A stretch of 35,737 bases of DNA, taken from NCBI RefSeq assembly GCF_001194135.2, contig NC_069008.1:3168967-3204703 (forward strand), given 5' to 3'. Shown piece after piece: positions 9,701-21,124 of the stretch. The notes under the pieces are model-generated. The model had not been told where the DNA came from and searched no databases. It was given only the letters and a program-made list of their open reading frames with translations. The stretch is from Octopus bimaculoides (Eukaryota). The position numbers and the translations under genes are program-made. The first letter of the stretch is position 1, and every line of letters starts with the position of its first letter.

Positions 9701-11714
9701 ATATATCTTTTTGAACTATTCCTTGTAGCTCATAAAAGGCCCCTTTAGACTTGATATCTGCTGCAGTAACTTGGTAAATATTCTCCTCTTGAGAATTTCA
9801 TAGAAATCTGTGTTACCAAAAACTAAAACACACATTTGAGATTAACCCCTTTATTAATGATAGTAATTGATCAAACACATTCTTTTTATTAATAACAATG
9901 GAGGTTTATTTGAAAAATAAGTTGAACATTTTTTGTAAACACGTAATCTCTAATTAAAATGATTGACTTTTCTTTTTGTTTGTGTTTTTCACCTTTCAAA
10001 AATTGTGTAGTTAATATGAATATTACCAATCATAGTAAACATAGTTAAAATAAACATTTCTAAAAAGAATAACACCTGTGTATCTTAGTATTATAATATA
10101 AACATGTAATATAATTTTAGCAGACAATATATTGGATTAGATTTTATCTTTCTTGCTACTAAGATTCATTTAACATTTGCCATTAAATGTTGGTGTTTAG
10201 ATATTAATTTTTAGGATTCTGCACTTATGAATTGCAAATGTTAATTGTTTCTACCTGGTTTTAACCCTATATTTCTAGTTCACTATACTGTACACTGTAT
10301 TTCATTTCTTTTTTTAATATTTCTCTTCTAATATGTTCTAATATGCATTTTTTGCCTTATACAGAAGTATAAAGCAGTATTTCTATTACTGTAACCTAAA
10401 TATTTTAAGTTACTATCTCAATATTTAACATAAGTGAGATATACATTGCTGATAATTAAGGGTCTATTGTGAGGATTTAGGAGAACTGCAGAGGTATTTA
10501 AGTGTAGAATTATATATGACTTAGTGCACAAACTGTAAATGCAAGTTGAATTTTGTGAGAGCTATGCAGCTCTCGCATAGAAATGTTATTACCATTGAGA
10601 GCCTATGTGCATGGTATATTCAATGATGGATTTAGTATGCATACAAGTGTCCATCAGAACTTGGTTCTCATTTCCCTCTTATTCATTATAGTTCTCCAGG
10701 CCATAACAAAGGCATTTAACACTGGCTGTCTATGGAAACATCTGTATCCCATCAACTAGTTTTCATTGCTGGACCTGTCAAAGAGTTCGTGAAGAAATTC
10801 CAAATGTGAGAGAAAAACCTAGAATTGACAGGTCTTAAAACTCAGCAAAGACAAAATATTTTAATCAGCAAGAATGAAGTCAAGACTTAACTGCCATTTT
10901 GAAAGTATACATGTCTGATATACAGAAAAACAGTATGAATTTCATACAGTGTACTGAATGTAAATAATGTGTGCACAAGAGATGCAGGGACCATTGGCAG
11001 GCTGACAAAGAACGAAGACTGCAGCAATAGAATATTTTGAAAGGTTTCTTTCTCCTGCCTGCTACTGGTGGTGGTGATTCTTTCTAAGACTTTATGGTGA
11101 ATGGGATAAATAATTATTATGTATAGCATTGGGTACAGCTTGGTGTTTTGCATCACTGTTCCAGACTGAATTTGTGGAAATCTTTGATTTATGTATTTAT
11201 TTGACCTGTGGTAAGTATGGAGCTGATAAAGAAACCCACCATTATTTCATACTGAAATACTTACAAACATTCTCAATGTATTTATATGTTCCTCTAAGTG
11301 ATGGTTAGTAATATATTTGAATTTAACCCATGATATATCCACAGCTTGGAAACTGAAAATGAACCGAAGCATGACATGACAGGATGCGAACTGATTGATC
11401 AGTTTTTGTTTTGTTTTTACTTTTTGCTTCCCTTGAGAAATTTATTAGTGTCAGGAATTTTAGTCTTGACAAAATCCTTTTTATTCTTGAAACTGTTTAT
11501 GGATTCAAAGGAGGATTTGTATTAGTAAACTACATAAAACTAAGGAAGTAGTATCAGTAATTTTTTAGTATTACTCAGTTGTTTGAAACATGTCTTAAAA
11601 TATTTTTTACATGAAATTATGACAGAAGCATTTAACTTAGATTGAACAATTAAGAAACAGATGTTGGGGTAGTCTAAGGGAAGTTTATATAAAAAAAGTA
11701 TATGGTTATTTCAG

Positions 11715-12065
11715 TCATCCATCCATCTTCACCTACAGTTACTGGGAGAAACTTGGAGTAATCCTCATGCACCTCCCTCATAGGGTCCTACCAGAAGCAA
11801 CCATCATTTAACTTTTTAACTGGACTTCCTAGTATGGCCAACTGAGATTATTAGGATATTGTCCAACCATCCTGTTCTTGGTCTAGGTCTCCTGCTGATT
11901 GGTTAGTCTTGAAAAATCCATCTTGCAATTCTTTCCTGTAACAATCTAATTACACGTCCATCAAATGAGCTGTAACCTCTTGAAGTGAAGAAGTAGCACC
12001 TCAACCTGGAGTGATTTCCTGATCTTTGAGCAATGCATGCTGTCTAGTAATGTTACTCCAGAGAT
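11715..12065 (-). mobile_element. Old RTE-type LINE relic (post-RT C-terminus)
   Basis: Minus-strand translation GRVIRLLQERIARWIFQD*PISRRPRPRTGWLDNI resembles the LRWxGH...GRPRxxW motif; stops and frameshifts present. Confidence 0.55.
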
Positions 12066-12915
12066 CCTTTAACAATATATTCAATAAAAAGAGCTAATTG
12101 CCTCTCTTTCTTTTAAGATAGCGCAGTGTGATATGAGGTGAATTGGCCAGAAGAATGGGTTTTATTCTTGTGTTGGAAAATGTACAAGTCAAAGACAAGA
12201 TAAAAGTCTTCAAACCTTTCAGGATAATGTTAATACTTAGTGTGTAGAACAAGGTATATAGGAAAGTAAGTTGATTTGCACTGTGTAAATAATGGGAGTG
12301 TAGGAATTTGATGTCAGGTGTTTATGTGATAAATAGTTACAGATGAGTGAGATTGAATTTGAGAAACAAAGCTGTGAATTGTTTCTTGGCTTACTGGTTC
12401 TAAGCTGGATCAGAAATAGTTTTGTTGTGTTTGAAGGTGTGTTTTGAATGGTTGATGTTTATTTAGGGCTTATGTATAAATATATGCATATCATATTTAA
12501 AATAATATACATACATGCATACGCACGAGCGCATGCACACACACTTTACTGTCACTAAAACGTGATGAAGTGTGCAGGAAGCACCAGCATTGCTAGATAT
12601 AAGAGTCAAAGACTCTTTTGCCACAAAAGCACATGTTCTATTTATTGACAAGGTAAATTTCAGCTTCACCACCTGCAATGGTGTAAGTATTACTGATGAT
12701 CATTAATTTCCACACAAAATTGGCATTCCAATCTTTTGTACTCACTTGCAGTGGGGAGGTTATCTCCCTTGTCAGTAAATAGAATGTGCTTTTGTGACTA
12801 AAGAGTCTTCGACTCTTATTTCTAGCAATGCTGGTGCTCCTTGCACCTTTTGTCACTTTTTAGTGACAGTGAATTATTTCCTTTTTAGTTTTGAATTGCA
12901 TCTAGCCACCTTAAG

Positions 12916-12950
<35 letters not shown>

Positions 12951-12987
12951 CATATTATGTTTAAAAATATATCCATATGAATATATT

Positions 12988-14613
12988 CAAGGTGTCTCAA
13001 AACATATACACACGTTGAATGACTATAAAATCATTTTTTATCAGCATATTTCATTTTCAAAATTTGATAGAATCTATGGACAGAATTTAAGTTTTCGTGA
13101 ATGCCCCTGTTCTAGCCAAGACACTGCTGCTTATGAGAAACAATTAAATTACAAATATCAAGGAATATTTCTCATTCAAACGCTACCTTCATTTCATCAA
13201 CTGTTGCTGGTTTTGTATCATAAACTTTCTCTTTTAATTATCCCCATAAAAATTCTCTGGTGGCATGAAGTTTGGTATTCTACTGAACCATTTCATGCAA
13301 TCCACTTGTTAAGCTAACTCTCATCAAGGTAAGCCCTTACATTACTATGGTAGTCTGGGCTGCCCCATCTTGCTGGAAATAAAACTCCGCATTTTCAAAC
13401 TTCTCTTGAATGTTTGGCTTGATAGATTGTTGCAGCAAATTAATGAGACCTAGTCATTGTACCATTATAAAACAATAGTCCAGTTAATCCTTTTGGTGAT
13501 AAGCCCTACCATACTGTAACTCCTGGTAAATTAACATGACATTCCTCCATAATATGAGAATTCTTAGATCCCCTTTAGGTGCAGTTATAATGGTTGATTG
13601 ATCTAGTTAATTTAAATGTATCTTTTATCTTTTACTTGTTTCAGTCATTTGACTGTTGCCATGCTGGGGCATAGCCTTGAAGGGTTTTAGTCAAACAAAT
13701 GAGCCCAGAACTTATTTTCTTAAGCCTTGTACATATTCTTTTGCTCTTTTTTGCTGAATCATTACGTTATGGGGATGTAAATACACCAGCACTGGTTGTC
13801 AAGAGGTGGTGGGGGATGAACAGAAACACAAAGACATACACACATTGCATTGATGTATACACATTTGTATATATATGATGGGCTTCTTTCAGTTTCTGTC
13901 TATGAAATCCATTCACAAGTCTTTGGTCAGCCTAAGACTATAGTAGATGACACTTGCCCAAGGTACCATGCAGTGAGACTGAGCCTGGAACCATGTGGAT
14001 GGGAAGCAAACTTCTTACCACACAGTCATGCCTGCACCTATATTTTCATCATTCCAAACAATTGGATAGTAAGCATCTTTATCTTTTACACATATTGCCA
14101 AGCACCAGTCACAGAATGTCACTCTTTAGTCTGGATCATTTTCATTGAGAGTGTAGACTATCTTTTGAATGTAACTTTTCTAATGACAGCACTTCAAAAT
14201 TCATTGGACTCTTGATTTTGAAATTCCTATCACATAACTCAGTTGCTGAAAGATTTTCTTGAATTCTAGGAAATACATTTCTAGTGTTCTTTCTTGCTTT
14301 GTGGGTCATGTTGATTACCACAGTCTTTTGGAACATTTCTTGTGGACATTCTAGATGGTTCCATCTGCTTGAAACTTATCTCTGATCTGTATGATGGCAA
14401 ATTGCATTGGTGAATCTGTTTGAACTGCCCTTCTAAACTGTCTTTGTACTTTTTCACTGTGGCTGCATTTTCAAACTTCCAGTAGCGCTTCAAATTCCTT
14501 TTGTTCATAGTTTGGGCTGGCACCCTTCATTATTTGTAATGGGTTAAATCTAATAAGAAGTGAAAATTAAGTTATCAGTTTTTGAAGTGTGTATACATTT
14601 TGGCGGCACCCTG
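12988..14613 (-). mobile_element. Degenerate full-length Tc1/mariner-superfamily transposon (resembles the DD41D/rosa group)
   Basis: TIRs caaggtgtctcaaaacatatacacac (12988) and reverse complement cagggtgccgccaaaatgtatacacac (ends 14613, followed by TA). Remnants YWKFENA, IVWNDE, TFKL..SINHYNCT, YFQQDGA, KWI..GSVEY, LWG*LKEKVYDTKPAT. Third catalytic residue is deleted, so the subfamily is tentative. Confidence 0.75.
13620..14039 (-). mobile_element. Family B SINE inserted into the transposase
   Basis: Same head, CORE-like block (gacacttgcccaagg) and tail as 1966-2506. Confidence 0.85.
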
Positions 14614-14760
14614 TATATATGCCTGTTTGTCTGCCCTTATCTATACATAAATAAATATTTTATGAATAAATAGATACATTTATACATATGCATATTTACA
14701 CATATGAATGTGTGTATCACTCTCTCTCTCTTTGAAGATACTACTGACCATATATATGCA

Positions 14761-14809
<49 letters not shown>

Positions 14810-15334
14810 TAAAAGTATTCCATACATGTAGTAGGAGTTATTCATTTATAGATGAAAATTCACTGTACTACTTCACTATATCTCTGAGATATAGTGAAGT
14901 ATAATGTCAGTGACCTTCATCATAGACATATGACTGGAGGTTTTGATATTTAATGTTATATATAGTTCTGTGACAATATAATAATAAAACAGAAGTGAAC
15001 ATAAAAACCTGTAAATTTTATAAATGGTTAATATGGCCATCTGTCATTTTGTATGTCTCTTTGTTTACGTGTGTCCCAATACAAATGATTTAGTTTCAGC
15101 ACACAATCTCAGTTAAAATTACTTGCCAGACTAACCTAATATATATGCACATATATGTGTGTGTGTGTGTGTATATAGATATATATATAAATAAATATAA
15201 GATCCAAGGATCAAGGTATAGGCCTGAGGAGTAGCCTGCAGTATACACCTCGCTTGTATATTTACCACTTCCAAGGTTCCACTCACTATGAAACATATGT
15301 AGCCTGGATTTTGCCTACTCCATTCTTTAACTCT

Positions 15335-15366
<32 letters not shown>

Positions 15367-15566
15367 CCAAACACACACACATAATACCCTTGGTTATGAA
15401 AGCTATAAAAAAACTAAAGAACTGAAAGCAAATATATATANNNNNNNNNNNNNNNNNNNNNNNNNNNNNNNNNNNNNNNNNNNNNNNNNNNNNNNNNNNN
15501 NNNNNNNNNNNNNNNNNNNNNNNNNNNNNNNNNNNNNNNNNNNNNNNNNNNNNNNNNNNNNNNNNG

Positions 15567-16665
15567 GGTACGGTGAATAGATTGTCATCTAAATCACGCA
15601 AAAATGAAAATAACACTGACATCTCATTTTAATGGTTGTATTTATCAAAATTACATAAAAATATCTTGAAATAGTAAAAAGTAAATTTATTCAATAAAAT
15701 CGCCATTGGCTTCAACCATAACCTCCAGACGACTTCAGAATCTCCTGCAACTCTTCTGGATGGTCTCCTTGTTTAAGTTGGTGAATGCTGCCATAATCTT
15801 TGCCTCCATTTCATCTTTGGTGTTACAAGGAGTTTTGGTCTCATGCTCAACTGCACCCCACACATATTAATCAAGGGGGTTGCAGTCTGGGGAGTTAGAT
15901 GGCCAGATGCTAGTGGGTGATGTGGTCTCAGAAATTGTCTGACAGCCATGACTGGGTTCTCCTGTTTGTGTGGCATAGTGCAGAGTCCTGTTGACAGACA
16001 TAGGGTCTTCCACTAGCCACCCTCTTGAACCAGGGCAACATTACCTCTTCTAGGCACTTGATCTGGGCTTCTGTGTAGAAAGATAAATGGAGGCATAATG
16101 TTTCCATCACTAGTGATCACTCCTAACACCATGATGTTGACTGGATGTTTGATTTTTATCACTCTTGGTACATGTTTTGGAGACACAGCAAGCCAATGGT
16201 TGTTCTGTGTGTTCACAATCTGATCCTGGTAGAAATTTATCTCGTTTGAGAAAGACCAAAGCATGTCTGGTTGGAGGGCATGCTTGAGTTTGTTCAAAAG
16301 CTTTCTTGCGTGGTCTTTCCTTTTGTACTTGATGGCTTGGGATAAAAATTGGCCCTTTCTCATTTTGTATGAGGAATACTGAATGTCTTATCATGCACTA
16401 CCTGCCTGATAAGAAACTCAGACACTCCCATGTCCCTGGTGATGGACCTGAGTGACTTTGAGGGATCGTTGTTATTCATGGCCTGGATCTCACCAACAAA
16501 TTCAAGAGTTCTTTTCTTATCAGAACAATCAGAATGTGTTTTCCAAGCTGCCATACCTTCGTAATCACCATTAGACTCATCCAACTCTTTCTGAATCCCC
16601 TGCACTGTCTTCAGATTGACACCGAAACACTCTGAAATGTTTGTATTGGAGCTTCCGGCATGAAT
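15567..16665 (-). mobile_element. DD37D (maT/Bmmar1-like) transposase pseudogene; right end runs into the N-gap
   Basis: Remnants IHAGSSNTNISECFGVNLKTVQ, SLRSITRDMGVSEFLIRQVVH, WSFSNE, QQDSA...IWPSNSPDCNPLD with 37 residues between D2 and D3 after correcting a 1-nt insertion; terminal EANGDFIE*. Confidence 0.8.
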
Positions 16666-17458
16666 GTGTCCCTTCCCAGTCCCACCATATGCTCAACATC
16701 GTTTTACACGGTTGAAGATCTTGTTTCATGTGTGGTGTTGCTTGTTTACCGGGGCTAAGCCATTCCTTATGCTGCATCATATTGATGTACAGGCACCATT
16801 TTTTGTCGCCAGTAACGATTTGGTAAAGAAATTGTTGCTTGTATCCATGATTTGAGTGATGACAAGCAAGCAAGCCAGCGGAGATTGTGGCTTGTTGACT
16901 TTTGCTGTTGTCACTTAAAGCATGCAGATTCCATGCTCCATACTTCTGAACCTTTCCCATCGGGTGAAGATGCTTCTCTATAGCAGTGTGGGAGCATTCC
17001 ATTTTCTCTGCCAGTTCCCTTGTCGTTTGACGAGAATTTTCGTGCAAAAGTTGGTTTAATCACTCTTCATCAAACTCAACTGGATGGCCAGAACGAGGTG
17101 CGTCTTTGAGGGGTCAAAATTTCCAATTTTGAACTTGACATATCAATAACATGTGATTCTTTCAGCTATAGCACCCTCTCCATACACAGCACAAATATCG
17201 TGAGCAGCTTTTGCAGCCTTAGAACCTTGATTAAAAGTAAAAAGAAGGAGGTGTTGAAAATGCTCGTTTTTCTTAACTTGACATTCCATTTTAATGATCT
17301 GAAAATAAACAAAATCTCACTAAAATTAACTAGAAAAAAACAAAATAGTTTCCAAAATGATTCAAAAATAGAATTCTCAAAAAAAAAAAAAAAAAAAAAN
17401 NNNNNNNNNATAAATTTCAAAATTTAAAAAAATAGTGGGAACTTAGTTGCCAACCCAA
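16666..17458 (-). mobile_element. 5' half of a DD34D-type mariner (mellifera-like TIR), truncated after WDWEG
   Basis: TA-flanked TIR TTGGGTTGGCAACTAAGT ending at 17458; ATG at 17289, MECQVKKNEHFQHLLLF...; WNLHAL (WVPHEL-like), IVTGDKKW, KTMLSIWWDWEG. Confidence 0.85.
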
Positions 17459-18214
17459 TATATATATATATATACACAAAGAGATAGTTAGATTGATAGA
17501 TAGATATGTTATATTGGTAATGATATGGTTAATCAGAAAAAATAAAGAAATATGTTCTGTAGAATATTCATAAGAATATTTATATCCAGGTACAGAAATT
17601 CTTCAAATTTTCTCAAGGAAATGAAATGGGGTGAAATAATATGATATAAACTAAAATAAAATGAAATAGAATATTTACTTCCTTACAATTTAAGAATTTT
17701 TTCATCTTAGTCCTTGAAAATGCTGCTGAAGGGAAGGAGTTCAATTTTTTTTATTCTACGCCTTTATGTTTTATCATCCATGGACCCTATTGTTCACAAC
17801 TCACATGTCTTTGTCCGATGTTCTAATAATGTGATTTATAGCCTCATTGTATGTTTTCACACATATTGTCCATAAGGAGATTTTTTTTTACTCCCGTGAC
17901 AATTTCCTCAGCAAAAGTCTTTTGACATCTGATTATACTCAAATGCGTTTAGGATATTTGTACACATCAGTGCTACTATGTACACTTCTAGGTTATATAT
18001 ATATGCATGCGTGCGCGCGCGCGCACACACACACACACACACAAATGTATTGTGTAAAAATTATTCAACCTATCCTTTAATCTTACAACACCTTTGATAA
18101 TCCTTGATGCTACAAATACTATACTTTTATGGAAGAAATTTACATATTGCTGGCTTGAGCACAGTTTAAGATGTCTTTGAATTTGAAAACCTTTTGTATT
18201 CAAGCAAATTTTTT

Positions 18215-18365
18215 TTATTCTCTCTCTGTTTATTTTCTCTTATTCATTTCTGCTGAAGAGCATAGGCTCGAAATGTAAAAGACTTTTTCCATTTTTCCCA
18301 AGCATCAAACTAATACATTTGTTTGTTGTTCATTCACCTATCTTCATTTTTTGTTTTTCTATAAA
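18215..18365 (+). mobile_element. Penelope-like terminal repeat fragment, copy 1
   Basis: gaagagcataggctcgaaatgtaaaagact...caaactaataca shared with 29085 and 33320. Penelope assignment is from recalled family motifs. Confidence 0.55.
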
Positions 18366-18454
18366 TTTCAGCTACACACACACGCATATTTTGTTTATGT
18401 ATTTTAGCTGAATGCCCCTCTCAAGGTACAGCAATATAAATATAGATATCCTTG

Positions 18455-18654
18455 TTTTGGAACAGTGGATCTTGAAGCATGTAAATCTATAAATAATAGC
18501 ATGTGAATATTGGGATGGAAAACCCTTTTGGACAGAAAAAGTTGAAGGCTCCCCCTGTCAGTGGACCTTTTCTATTCAAAAGGGTTTTTTGATCACAATA
18601 TTTATATGCTGTTATTTGTAGCTTTATGTGCTTCAGGATCCACTGTTCCCAAAA
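18455..18654. repeat. 200-bp foldback inverted repeat (~87-bp arms, 25-nt spacer)
   Basis: Arm 18455-18541 is the reverse complement of 18567-18654 at roughly 80% identity, e.g. ggaacagtggatcttgaagca / tgcttcaggatccactgttcc. Confidence 0.85.
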
Positions 18655-18845
18655 AAGAACTACTTCATATTCTTCTAAATTCTTGTTTTGACATCAAATA
18701 CACTCCTTAAATAGCTTGATGATTATTATCTACATATTTATAATTTAAACATTGTGCAGAATGGAACATTAAAAAAAATCTTTGTTACTATATATATATA
18801 ATCTCAAAATTCTAATACTTCTATTTGATAAAATGAATACACTTT

Positions 18846-19274
18846 TTAACCCTTTTGTTACCATATTCCTATTAAAATACACAACCTTATTTCAGCTACT
18901 TATGAAAATAATGAAAAATAGTAAAATAATTTTCTCATTAGTAAGCTTAAGCTGGTATTTGGAACTTAAATTAACATGATAGTTTGATGGATGGCTTTTA
19001 GATCACTTTAATCCTTTAGCATTCAGAATAAATGTAATATTTATTCACATTGTTTTGAATTAATCATGCATTACCTCATGCCCTTGAGATTTTGATGGTG
19101 TAATGGTTTATTTTTAGAATGACATTGTACGGTAGGTGTGAGAGGCGAGATCAGGCTGGTGTGCACATGAAACAGGCAAAATATTTGGCTGGATCTCGCT
19201 GGTTTAAATGCTAAAGTGTTAAAACAGAAAGATTGTATTGCAGAGTCATGATAGATTGGTATCAAAAGGGTTAA
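18846..19274. mobile_element. TTAA-flanked piggyBac-like MITE with a second MITE nested at 19008-19222
   Basis: Outer TIR cccttttgttacca / tggtatcaaaaggg (13/14); inner TIR tcctttagcatt / aatgctaaagtg (10/12); all four ends abut TTAA. Confidence 0.75.
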
Positions 19275-19926
19275 ATGTTATGCCCCTAAGATTTTTAAGA
19301 TAGTTTGCTTTTGAATTGAAAGTACACAATTACTGTTTCAGATGAAACTGTGAAGAAGTAGCTGTCAGACAAACTAGATGACTTGCAGCCCGTGTATTTT
19401 TTTTATCATTTCAGTGTTTTATTATTTTTTGAATGACCAACACATTCATACACAGTAATAACAAGCATACATATTGTTGTATCCTGAAATGACTTTCACC
19501 ATGACTTAATTCTAAAATAATTTACCATTCATTGTCCCAATATCTGACTGGTAGAAAAACAAAATATATTAATGTGAAATGTTTCTGTTATGTAGCTGTC
19601 CAGGAATATGGCACTTTTTCTCCCTCAGGCCAGTAATATATTCTATTCATTTGCTTATTCTCTATTTCTAGACAGATTCCATATTATACTTCCTGTAGTG
19701 GTTTCAATATTCATTATGCACACAGTTCTCTCTCTCCTCATCTCTTTCTCTTGGTCCCTCCCTCTCTTCAACATAGTGCCTGATGATCTTAGCAGGCCTT
19801 TGTGTTATGCAATGCAAATTTACGCACATCACTACTTCCTAAACAATAGATATTGCATAATTTCATGTAATTTTCTATTTTCATAGATCAATGAATTTTT
19901 TCAAATTTTCATTGATTTTGTACTTC

Positions 19927-19961
<35 letters not shown>

Positions 19962-19969
19962 CGATAATG

Positions 19970-20006
<37 letters not shown>

Positions 20007-20016
20007 TGATAATGAT

Positions 20017-20070
<54 letters not shown>

Positions 20071-20225
20071 AATAAAAATGATAATGATGTTAATAATAAT
20101 AATAATAATGATAATCCCAATGCGGATTTCTTGTATCTTTATTTTTAATTTTTGTATTTTAAAATTTTCTAACAGTAATTGTTTGAGTACTGTTCATAAT
20201 AATAATAATAATAATAATAATATTG
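19927..20225. repeat. Compound (AAT)n/(GAT) microsatellite
   Basis: Read directly; source of poly-N/I/L ORFs. Confidence 0.95.
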
Positions 20226-20709
20226 ATTAGAATAATAATTAGGAAAATAAAATCAATAACTAGAATAGAAATAATTATAATGAAAATAGTAATAATTAGT
20301 TGTAGTAGTTTCCTTCTACTAGTATCTCTAGTCAAGATACATAGTTACATCAGGCTTCACAATTTTGCTTCCAATTTGTCTGATAGAATTTGTGCTTATC
20401 ATATCTGAAAGTATTGTAGTGTGTATGTATATGTGTGAATATATATATATATATATACATATATTTCTATCATCACTGCAGTTTTCTAAATGTGCTTTCT
20501 TGAAAGTTAGTATTATCATCATAGTATCTACCTGAAAGTACTGATATTGCACATTTTTCCTATTTTGTTTAACCACATACACACACTAATTGCAGAAAGG
20601 CTATTCTATTGATTGTTTTAAAATAAACTTTTAATGTTCCTCATTGCAATGTAAGGTTGATAATTCTGCTTTAAAGTTTCTCACAGGCTTTTGTTGTAAG
20701 ATTTCTTTT

Positions 20710-21072
20710 ATCCTTTACTTGTTTCACTCGTTGGACTGCAGCCATGCTGGATCACTGCCTTGAAGCATTTTAATCAAATAAATCAGCCTCATTTACTTAC
20801 TTTTTAAGTCTGGCACTTATTCTGTTGGTCTCTTTTGCCAAATCATTAAGTTATAGGGGATATAAACAAACCAATACCAGTTGTCAGGTGCTGGTAATGG
20901 AGACAGATGAACAGACAGACACAATGGGCTTCCACACAGACTCCATCTCTTAAATTCACTCAACAAGGTATTGGTTGGCCTGCATCTAGAGTAGAAGACA
21001 TTTGCCCAAGGTGCTGTGTTGTGGGACTGAACCAAAAACTATGTGGTTGCAAAGCAAGTTTCTTAACAACAA
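20710..21072 (-). mobile_element. Degenerate family B SINE
   Basis: tagaagacatttgcccaaggtgctgtgttgtgggactgaacc and tail tttacttgtttcactc...cagccatgctgg match the other family B copies. Confidence 0.75.
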
Positions 21073-21124
21073 AGTTATTTTAACTTTTAAAGAAAGGTTA
21101 CATCTATAATTTGTCATTGTTTTT

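Noticed and set aside
10554-10577. 10-bp stem-loop tgtgagagct-atgc-agctctcgca
   Set aside because: Includes a G-U pair, matches no motif I recognise, and is only marginal against chance.
11345-11410. Possible exon LETENEPKHDMTGCELIDQ, faintly like the SLC4 EDDDEEHIPHDLFTELDE segment
   Set aside because: It needs phase 2 rather than phase 1, has no donor, and the similarity is too weak.
19881-20230. Asn-rich, prion-like ORF
   Set aside because: Pure (AAT)n microsatellite with no splice context.
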